NCBI GenBank assembly: GCA_964016885.1
Contig: OZ024763.1
Location: forward strand, 10,168,001 to 10,232,000
Reading direction: 5' to 3'
Source of the DNA: Eledone cirrhosa
Taxonomy: Eukaryota
Length of the DNA: 64,000 bases
Shown here: piece by piece, positions 53,606 to 64,000 of the stretch
Layout: each line of letters opens with the position of its first letter
Numbering within the stretch: position 1 is the first letter of the stretch
Translations under genes and position numbers: made by a program
Notes under the pieces: model-generated
What the model was told of the DNA's origin: nothing
What the model saw: the letters and a program-made list of their open reading frames with translations, nothing else
Databases searched by the model: none

Positions 53606-55930
53606 TACTGAACACTTTTTTATACAACTGTCATACTTCATGCACATCACATGTCCATACCACTGCAGTCTTCCCTCCTGCACACAACATTTGATCATTC
53701 TTATGCCCAGTTTCATTCTCAATACATTTACACTTTGCCATTCACGCACACTACTGTTACACACCCATCTGATCATGCAGGCTTTGTTTCTTTCCAATCT
53801 TTGTAGATCCTTGGGATGCAGAGCCCATGTTTTGCTTCCATGTAACATTGCTGAGTGCACACAGGCATCGTACAGCTTGCTTTTTGTAGCTAGCAACGGC
53901 AGTAGCTCCCTGAACTTTTTCCATCCCATTCTTGCTCTGGCAACTGTACTTTCTGTGCAACCACTTCCGATGCGGATTTGGTCACTCAGATAGCAGAAAC
54001 TGTCAACTATTTCTATGGGGTTCTTCTCTGCAATTGAAGGAGCTTCCTTCCTGAGGGTTTTTGATTACTACCTCTGTGTAGGATCCACATATGAAGTCTG
54101 TGTTTTTTGCTAGCCTATCTGTTTTCCAATTACATCTCTTGTGGACCTACAGTTTACATTTAGGACACCGGATTGAGTTTCTGCCTACTCCTTTCCTGCA
54201 TACCAAGCAGGGCCATTTCCAGAAGGGGATCAGAACCTTGTTTTCTTTTCTGCTCACTAGAATTTTGGTATTTGCCAGGTTGACTTTAAGGCCTTTTATT
54301 TCCAAATTGTGCGTCCATGCCTGAAATTTCTTATCTAATTCTTTCATAGAATCAAGTCATCGGCATATAGTAGTTCCCATGGGCAACCAGTCTTAAATTC
54401 CACTGATATAGCCTGTAGGACAGTAATGAAGAGGAGGGAGCTAAGGACGGGACCCTGGTGAACTCCCGTCTGTGCACTGAATTCCTCAATGTACTCATTG
54501 TTGATTTTAACTTTGCTGGTGTCCCCTCCTGTACATGGCTTGTACTGCTCTCATGAACCACTCATCTACCCATGTTTTCTGAGGGTCCACCAGATTATGG
54601 GTCAAGGGACTCCGTCAAAAGCTTTCTCTAGGTTCATGAATGCTAAGTAGAGTGGCTTGCTTTTTGTCAAATACTTCTCTTGTAATTGCTTCACAAGGAA
54701 GAGGGCCTCAGTGGTGCTTTTATCTGACAAATCCAAACTGCATCTAGGTGTATACAATCTTTAATTAGTTGTGTGATGACTTTCATGACCTGGTCAATCA
54801 GCTTGAGGCCTCTGTAGTTACTTCTTTCTAGGGCATCTCCTTTTTCCTTGTAACAGTTGACAATGATGCTGCTATGCCAGTCATTGGGAATGACACCATT
54901 CTTTATTAATAGGTTTACAACAAGGGTGGTTAGAGTGCGTCCTACTGTCCCAGATACTTTCAACATCTCAGCAACTATTCCCAATGGTCTGGCTGCTTTA
55001 CCCATCTTCATGTTCTTAATTGTTTTACTTACTTGGCTGCTGCTTACCTGTGCAGCTGGACCTTCTGTTGGGTGAGCTTGGAATAGGCTGTTTACCTCAT
55101 GCATTTTCCTTGTTCATCAGCCTTTCATAGTGGCATTTCCAAGCAGATTTCTTTTTAGCATTGGTGAGGGCAATTGCCATTGTCTTTACATATGCATTTC
55201 TACTCGATAACACCATGGTTTTCCCTGACACATTTCCTTGCAAATCTGAAAACCTTTCGTTTTTTGGTCTTTTTGGTCCTCACATTTTAATACATGCTTA
55301 AACTTTTCATTTACTGTTTCACTCCTTGCCAAGTATACTTGTCGTCTAGCTGCTCTCCTAGTTTAAGGGTGCCTGCTACATCCATTTTCCATTTTTTCCA
55401 TGCCCATCTTTTGGCTTTAATTGCTGCATCTACCTTGCTATTCCACCACCAGGTGGCTCTACTACTCTTCCCTGGAGCTTTGCTCCATCTGCAGATCACA
55501 TCACTTTCAGTAGGTTATCTCTCAAGAACCCCCACTACTCCTCTATATTCTAAGTCTTTATTTCTTCTTCCTTGCTTATCAAAAGCATCAAGTAAGAATT
55601 TTCTGAATTTGTTACGAGCTGGGGCTCCTTCAGGTTCCATATCTTTCTGATTCTGTCATTTATTCTATTTACTGTGATTACCTTGTCCAACCATTTTTCT
55701 GCTAGCCAAGCCTGCGTCGTTACCTTTCCAGAAAAATTAGAAACAGTGTTTTCTGCTTACTAGGAGCCTGGAAGATTCTCCTCTCTGTCTCTTGTAATAC
55801 TTCAACTTTCTTATGCTCAACGATCTCCCCAATCTCACCTGACCTACCTTTCAGCATCCCTATGTTGATGGTTGCAGCTCTAAAGTCTCGGTTAGGAGGG
55901 GTCCTGTGTGCCTGGTGGTGGTAGATGATG
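53606..55930 (-). mobile_element. Degenerate RTE-clade LINE
   Basis: TWWWN, KMGKAA..GIVAEMLK, NYRGLKL, WPCLVCRKGVGRNSI, LHGSKTW; many frameshifts. Confidence 0.92.
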
Positions 55931-55942
55931 GCTTAGTGTTGT

Positions 55943-55984
<42 letters not shown>

Positions 55985-57697
55985 TATATCATCATCATCA
56001 TCATCACTGTTTTACGTCCATTCTTTGATGCTAGCATGGGTTAGACGGGTTGTCCTGTTGTGGGCAGTGTCCAGTCATCTGACCTTGTCTTGCTCATATG
56101 GGAACTGATTCTGGCTTGATTTCCACAGCTGGATGCCCTTCTTAACACCAACCTCATTTACAGTGATTGCTGGGTGCTTTTTTCCGTGGCGCCTACACGA
56201 CCACTTTGCAGTGGGAGGCTGTGGGGGCATATTGTCTATATGCTTCAGCTTCAGCTTGTACCCCTGGGGGGTCGGGTTAAACCCATAGAAGGAATATTTA
56301 TTATTAACACAAATTAAAAGTTTAAGCAAACAATTTCTGCTTTCATTAGCTTAAACTTTTAATCTTTGCTAATAATTGATTCTACTTTTGGCACAAGGCC
56401 AGCTATTATCCCAGTGTATTACTGGTACTTTATTTTATCGACCCCGTAAGGATGAAAGGCAAAGTTAACCTCGGCGGGATTTGAACTCAGACCGTAAAGG
56501 GACGTAACTTTATGCTGTAAAGCATGGTGTCTGACTCTCTACCGATACTGCCAATTCACTTGCTAATAATAAATAAATTGTGGTCGTATGCCGCACTGAC
56601 CCCTACAAAATGGAATCATTACAACATCTCTACAACCTTGTCTCACCCTACTCCTCTCTACCAGCAACACATTTCTTCCACTTCACTTAAACGTATCCCT
56701 TCCTCACTCCCTAACCCCAAACCCCACCTTATTGCCCCACACCCTGCACCTCTACCATATACTTCCTCCCCCAAATCCATATTAAGTCCCTCAATACTCT
56801 CATCCTCCGTGTTGACAGCCTCTTGGCCCTCTAACCTCATCACCTCAACCGTCCATCTCCACCCTTATCTGCCTGGCCAAACTGGTCCTCACCCTCAACT
56901 GTTTCTCTTTCTTGGGTGAGATGTAGTAGACAATGGGGGTACACATGGACGTTACATTGACAACTGTATCAGTGCCACGTCACACACCTGACTACAGCTT
57001 CGCTCCTTCCACCCCACCCTTGACTCCACCACTTCCTCTCTTTCTATCAACTACTCCAATCCCTCCCTCATCACGCCAGCTTCCCACTCACTCCCATGCG
57101 TAACTCATCCCCACCAAACATCCCCTACACCCAGTTCCTTCATCTCTGCCATCTGTGCAGTTAAATCCATGACTTTCAGACACAGGGTCATTCCATGGCC
57201 AGACAGTTCACCTGGTAAGGATGCTCCCCACCCTGATACAAGCCACCCTCATCAGTGGCCAAGGAATCAACTGCACCTCTTTCCTTACACTATAGCACTG
57301 CCCCCTTCACCAACCACCTTGTCCCCCCAGAAGATGATCCTTTGCCTCTTCCGCTGCCTCCAGTTGGATCCCTCCACCCCCCCCCTCTTTTAAACATACA
57401 TGTAACATTAGAACCTCCTCATCGACAGTTCCCTCCCTCCTTTCAACTCCTCCTGGGTCCCATTCCTGATCGCAACCCCACACATGCAGCTTCATCAACT
57501 GCACCACCACCCTCGTTGAACCTGATGGCTGTATCTTTCATGTTAAGGACCCTTTCAGCTGCACATCCACAATCCTCTTCTAAGGGCTCCGATACACGCT
57601 ATGCAAAGCCATATTCATTGGCCAGAGTAGTGGACTGATGTGCTGAACATCTGCAGGACATCCAGGTCAGCAACCTGTCTTCTGTGGCCCAACATTT

Positions 57698-59626
57698 CCA
57701 CACTACTGGTCATCTCCACACTACTGGTCATCTCCACACTACTGGTCATCTCCACACTACTGGTCATCTCCACACTACTGGTCGTCTCCACACTACTGGT
57801 CATTCCACACTACTGGTCATCTCCACACTGCTGGTCATCTCCACACTACTGGTCATCTCCACACTACTGGTCATCTCCACACTACCAGTCATTCCACACT
57901 ACTGGTCATCTCCACACTACCAGTCATTCCACACTACTGGTCATCTCCACATTACCAGTCATTCCACACTACTGGTCATCTCCACACTACTGGTCATCTC
58001 CACACTACTGGTCATCTCCACACTACCAGTCATCTCCACACTACTGGTCATCTCCACACTACTGGTCATCTCCACACTACTGGTCATCTCCACACTACTG
58101 GTCATCTCCACACTACTGGTCATCTCCACACTACTGGTCATCTCCACACTACCGGTCATCTCCACACTACTGGTCATCTCCACATTACCAGTCATTCCAC
58201 ACTACTGGTCATCTCCACACTACTGGTCATCTCCACACTACTGGTCATCTCCACACTACCAGTCATTCCACACTACTGGTCATTTCCACACTACTGGTCA
58301 TCTCCACACTACCAGTCATTCCACACTACTGGTCATCTCCACACTACTGGTCATCTCCACACTACCAGTCATTCCACACTACTGGTCATCTCCACACTAC
58401 TGGTCATCTCCACACTACCAGTCATTCCACACTACTGGTCATCTCCACACTACTGGTCATCTCCACACTACTGGTCATCTCCACACTACCGGTCATCTCC
58501 ACACTACTGGTCATCTCCACACTACTGGTCATCTCCACACTACCAGTCATTCCACACTACTGGTCATCTCCACACTACTGGTCATCTCCACACTACCAGT
58601 CATTCCACACTACTGGTCATCTCCACATTACCAGTCATTCCACACTACTGGTCATCTCCACATTAACAGTCATTCCACACTACTGGTCATCTCCACACTA
58701 CTGGTCATCTCCACACTACTGGTCATCTCCACACTACTGGTCATCTCCACACTACCAGTCATTCCACACTACTGGTAATCTCCACACTACTGGTCATCTC
58801 CACACTACCAGTCATTCCACACTACTGGTCATCTCCACACTACTGGTCATCTCCACACTACTGGTCATCTCCACACTACTGGTCATCTCCACACTACCAG
58901 TCATTCCACACTACTGGTCATCTCCACACTACTGGTCATCTCCACACTACTGGTCATCTCCACACTACCAGTCATTCCACACTACTGGTCATCTCCACAC
59001 TACTGGTCATCTCCACACTACTGGTCATCTCCACATTACTGGTCATCTCCACACTACTGGTCATCTCCACACTACCAGTCATTCCACACTACTGGTCATC
59101 TCCACACTACCAGTCATTCCACACTACTGGTCATCTCCACACTACTGGTCATCTCCACACTACTGGTCATCTCCACACTACTGGTCATCTCCACACTACT
59201 GGTCATCTCCACACTACCAGTCATTCCACACTACTGGTCATCTCCACACTACTGGTCATCTCCACACTACTGGTCATCTCCACACTACCAGTCATCTCCA
59301 CACTACTGGTCATCTCCACACTACTGGTCATCTCCACACTACTGGTCATCTCCACACTACTGGTCATCTCCACACTACTGGTCATCTCCACACTACCGGT
59401 CATCTCCACACTACTGGTCATCTCCACACTACTGGTCATCTCCACACTACCGGTCATCTCCACACTACTGGTCATCTCCACACTACTGGTCATCTCCACA
59501 CTACTGGTCATCTCCACACTACTGGTCATCTCCACACTACTGGTCATCTCCACACTACCGGTCATCTCCACACTACTGGTCATCTCCACACTACTGGTCA
59601 TCTCCACACTACTGGTCATCTCCACA
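57698..59626. repeat. 18-bp minisatellite with 17-bp variant, about 108 copies
   Basis: ccacactactggtcatct / ccacactaccagtcatt. Confidence 0.98.
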
Positions 59627-59773
59627 TGTCAGGTGTTTGGTCTCCTTGCACCGGAGCCCCAGACACGCACACCACCAGAAAAAACATCAACTTATTGTTT
59701 TTCTAACTACACCTAAACACACACACGGCCTTAATACTCCACCCCTCTTCCTCTGATCTGCTCTCCCCCCCCG

Positions 59774-60343
59774 TCCATGCACACCCTCACACATCCAATA
59801 CCCCCCCTCTCATCCATGTACACCCTCACACATCCAATACCCCCCCTCTCATCCATGTACACCCTCACACATCCAATACCCCCCCCTCTCATCCATGTAC
59901 ACCCTCACACATCCAATACCCCCCCTCTCATCCATGTACACCCTCACACATCCAATACCCCCCCTCTCATCCATGTACACCCTCACACATCCAATACCCC
60001 CCCCTCTCATCCATGTACACCCTCACACATCCAATACCCCCCCTCTCATCCATGTACACCCTCACACATCCAATACCCCCCCTCTCATCCATGTACACCC
60101 TCACACATCCAATACCCCCCCCTCTCATCCATGTACACCCTCACACATCCAATACCCCCCCTCTCATCCATGTACACCCTCACACATCCAATACCCCCCC
60201 TCTCATCCATGTACACCCTCACACATCCAATACCCCCCCTCTCATCCATGTACACCCTCACACATCCAATACCCCCCCTCTCATCCATGTACACCCTCAC
60301 ACATCCAATACCCCCCCTCTCATCCATGTACACCCTCACACAT
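59774..60343. repeat. 39-bp minisatellite, about 14 copies
   Basis: catccatgtacaccctcacacatccaatacccccc(c)tct. Confidence 0.97.
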
Positions 60344-60480
60344 GCAACATTGCACTGGAATTCTCACTTACACGTAGATACGTGATACAAACAACAAAAC
60401 TTGAACACTTATTTTCTGGAAAACTATTTTTTTTTTATAACAAAAGCTGTAAAAGCCGAAAATAAGTGTAAAATTACACA

Positions 60481-62312
60481 CACATGTAGACACAGAGGAA
60501 CCAAACTCCCACTGTCATCACTTCCGTCTCCCTCGCCCTCCCCACCACAATGTAGACCAGGTCCGGACACAGAGGAACCAAACTCCCATTGTCATCACTT
60601 CCGTCTCCCTCGCCCTCCCCACCACAATGTAGACCAGGTCCGGACACAGAGGAACCAAACTCCCACTGTCATCACTTCCGTCTCCCTCGCCCTCCCCACC
60701 ACAATGTAGACCAGGTCCGGACACAGAGGAACCAAACTCCCACTGTCATCACTTCCGTCTCTGTCGCCCTCCCCACCACAATGTAGACCAGGTCCAGACA
60801 CAGAGGAACCAAACTCCCACTGTCATCACTTCCGTCTCTGTCGCCCTCCCCACCACAATGTAGACCAGGTCCAGACACAGAGGAACCAAACTCCCACTGT
60901 CATCACTTCCGTCTCCCTCGCCCTCCCCACCACAATGTAGACCAGGTCCAGACACAGAGGAACCAAACTCCCACTGTCATCACTTCCGTCTCCCTCGCCC
61001 TCCCCACCACACATGTAGACCAGGTCCGGACACAGAGGAACCAAACTCCTACTGTCATCACTTCCGTCTCTGTCGCCCTCCCCACCACAATGTAGACCAG
61101 GTCCAGACACAGAGGAACCAAACTCCCACTGTCATCACTTCCGTCTCTCTCGCCCTCCCCACCACAATGTAGACCAGGTCCAGACACAGAGGAACCAAAC
61201 TCCCACTGTCATCACTTCCGTCTCCCTCGCCCTCCCCACCACACATGTAGACCAGGTCCGGACACAGAGGAACCAAACTCCTACTGTCATCACTTCCGTC
61301 TCTGTCGCCCTCCCCACCACAATGTAGACCAGGTCCAGACACAGAGGAACCAAACTCCCACTGTCATCACTTCCGTCTCTCTCGCCCTCCCCACCACAAT
61401 GTAGACCAGGTCCAGACACAGAGGAACCAAACTCCCACTGTCATCACTTCCGTCTCCCTCGCCCTCCCCACCACACATGTAGACCAGGTCCGGACACAGA
61501 GGAACCAAACTCCTACTGTCATCACTTCCGTCTCTGTCGCCCTCCCCACCACAATGTAGACCAGGTCCAGACACAGAGGAACCAAACTCCCACTGTCATC
61601 ACTTCCGTCTCTCTCGCCCTCCCCACCACAATGTAGACCAGGTCCAGACACAGAGGAACCAAACTCCCACTGTCATCACTTCCGTCTCCCTCGCCCTCCC
61701 CACCACACATGTAGACCAGGTCCGGACACAGAGGAACCAAACTCCTACTGTCATCACTTCCGTCTCTGTCGCCCTCCCCACCACAATGTAGACCAGGTCC
61801 AGACACAGAGGAACCAAACTCCCACTGTCATCACTTCCGTCTCTCTCGCCCTCCCCACCACACATGTAGACCAGGTCCAGACACAGAGGAACCAAACTCC
61901 CACTGTCATCACTTCCGTCTCTGTCGCCCTCCCCACCACACATGTAGACCAGGTCCAGACACAGAGGAACCAAACTCCCACTGTCATCACTTCCGTCTCT
62001 GTCGCCCTCCCCACCACACATGTAGACCAGGTCCAGACACAGAGGAACCAAACTCCCACTGTCATCACTTCCGTCTCTGTCGCCCTCCCCACCACAATGT
62101 AGACCAGGTCCAGACACAGAGGAACCAAACTCCCACTGTCATCACTTCCGTCTCTGTCGCCCTCCCCACCACACATGTAGACCAGGTCCAGACACAGAGG
62201 AACCAAACTCCCACTGTCATCACTTCCGTCTCTCTCGCCCTCCCCACCACACATGTAGACCAGGTCCGGACACAGAGGAACCAAACTCCCACTGTCATCA
62301 CTTCCGTCTCTC
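60481..62312. repeat. 77/78-bp minisatellite, about 24 copies, with 232-bp trimer periodicity
   Basis: gtagaccaggtccagacacagaggaaccaaactcccactgtcatcacttccgtctc..; ORFs recur every 232 bp. Confidence 0.97.
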
Positions 62313-62765
62313 TTACCGAGGTGTCAGGGGATGCCTGTGAGGATGCCAGGTTATATCAGTCCCTTAGCCTCGCCATCACCTCACCTTACCGAGGTGTCAG
62401 GGCATGTCTATGAGGGTGCCAGGTTATTTCAGCCCCTTAGCCTCGCCATCACCCGTGGTAGTGCCGCCAGTGTATTGGCTTGTCTCAAAGTGTTTAGTTA
62501 ACTCTTATGATGGGATATGCGGCTGATTGTCGCAATTGCTGGTGAGTTGATGGTCGTGTTTGTTTTTGTTTCCCCCTTTTTCTTTTTTTTCTCTCTTTTA
62601 TGTGTTTATATTTGTATTTATCGAACTACATTATAGTTGTAATGTTCTTCTGAACGAATTGCGACCAAGTTATAATGTTATTTATTCATTTATATATATA
62701 TATATATAAATGAAGTATTTCTGTTGGAAAGGTACAGGAAAAAATTTAATAAAAACACTATGTTA

Positions 62766-62823
62766 TTCATTCTGATGACTGAAGACAGACACATCTGCCT
62801 TCAAGAAACCACTGGTAAATGAA
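62766..62823 (+). ncRNA. Hammerhead ribozyme motif
   Basis: ttcatt-CTGATGA-c tgaag acaga caca tctg c cttca a-GAAA-cca c tgg-TA-aatgaa, within a ~140-bp insert between (TA)n runs. Confidence 0.75.
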
Positions 62824-62853
62824 ATAATTATCTTATGCTGTTTATTACATAAT

Positions 62854-62937
<84 letters not shown>

Positions 62938-63067
62938 TATACTCGAGTCTTCTTAAATTTATATTATTATTTACGTATTTGTAATGTTATTTATACAACT
63001 GTGAATAAAAGATATACTGAATGAAAGTATTATCATAATGCTTTGGAAAACTGCCTCAAAACTCAAT

Positions 63068-64000
63068 ATCATCATCATCATCATTTTACGACTGCTCTTC
63101 CATGCTTACATAGGTTGGACTGGACCTTCTCAGTACTTGTCGTGTTTCTTTGTCATCTCTGCGAGCTTCAGCAATTTGAGATCAGCTCTGACCACTTCTA
63201 TCCAGATCTTCCTTGGTCTTCCTCTACTGTGGCTTCCTTCTACTGGGATTACTTGGCATTTCTTCACCCAGCAATCATAGTTTCCTCACCTGCACACTAC
63301 ATCTGATTCTTCTTAGACCTAGTTTCTCTCTCAATTCATCCACATTAATATTGCACATCTACTGAAACAAGTTTGCTTCATTTCTCTCCAACCTCCATAT
63401 ATCCTCTACATTCACTACCTTGTCTCACTATCATCCAGCATCACACTTCACACACAGGTGTCATATAGCAGCTCTCTAAACTTCTTCCCTCCTATTCTTA
63501 TTCTGGCTATTATGCTCTCAGAAAGAACATCCTCCTCCACTGCTAATTATATCACCTAGATAGCAGAAGCTATCAACCACTTCTATGGATTCTTCCTGAG
63601 ATTGGAAAAGGTTTATGTTTTATTTTATTATTAGCACCCTTACTATCAATTATTTCTTCTTCCCCCTTTCCTGTAAGTCTGCCTGTTATCCCACTACACC
63701 TTCTATGTACCCAATATTTGTATTGTGTGCATCATATAAAGTTTATGCCTACTCCTTTTCTACATATTGAGCAAGGCCACTTCTCTGATGAGATCAGTGC
63801 CTTATCTTCTTTCCTATCTACTGACATTTTGGCTTTTGCTAACTTTACTCTAAGCCTTTTTTATTCTGTTTCCACAGTCAGAATTTATTCTCTAGTTCTT
63901 TCACAGATTCAGCTATGAGGACCAGATCATCAACATACAGAAGTTCCCATGGGCAACCAGTCTTAAACTCCTCTCTATTAGCCTGGAGGACGAGGATAAA
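63068..64000 (-). mobile_element. Degenerate RTE-clade LINE 3' part
   Basis: (cat)n tail at ~63070; - strand EEFKTGCPWELLY, EVVDSFCYLG and GRPRKIW remnants. Confidence 0.9.

Noticed and set aside
53291-53929. Apparent RT-transposase fusion protein (212 aa)
   Set aside because: Chance in-frame junction of a decayed RTE and a Chapaev3-like fragment; both are truncated and mutated.
57640-59706. 688-aa and 364-aa repeat ORFs (LLVIST/HYWSSP/TTGHLH)
   Set aside because: The 18-bp unit lacks stops on this strand, and 17-bp variants rotate the frame freely, which is inconsistent with coding constraint.
59777-62301. Repeated ORFs such as MSGPGLHCGGEG and MYTLTHPIPPLSS
   Set aside because: Products of the 39- and 77-bp minisatellites, whose frames shift between units.

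Overview
This is eukaryotic, repeat-dominated genomic DNA. The dense (TA)n microsatellites, Nin-domain and RTE-tailed tRNA SINEs, RTE LINEs and molluscan-type gene suggest a coleoid cephalopod, probably an octopus (inference). Three host genes are supported. (1) The first coding exon of the mitochondrial 2-oxoglutarate/malate carrier SLC25A11 (- strand, 2187-2308). (2) A complete 5-exon gene, reconstructed by hand (28817-42234, + strand, 299 aa), encoding a secreted protein with a degenerate PAN/apple-like N-terminus and an uncharacterised C-terminal domain. (3) A hillarin-like LIM exon with a 1-nt frameshift (46441-46916). The rest is transposon debris (hAT, Chapaev3-like, mariner, RTE, R4/Dong-like, CRE, Tx1-like, Penelope-like) and five large minisatellite arrays with 38, 40, 18, 39 and 77 bp units. 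The main hidden structure is about a dozen hammerhead-ribozyme motifs. Many sit in fold-back palindromes inserted in (TA)n tracts, and two have a compensatory U3-A8 core. One palindrome carries in its loop a 26-nt copy of the neighbouring SLC25A11 5' leader. The 38-bp satellite appears to have arisen from hAT transposase coding sequence. All alignments and folds were done by eye, so boundaries are approximate.
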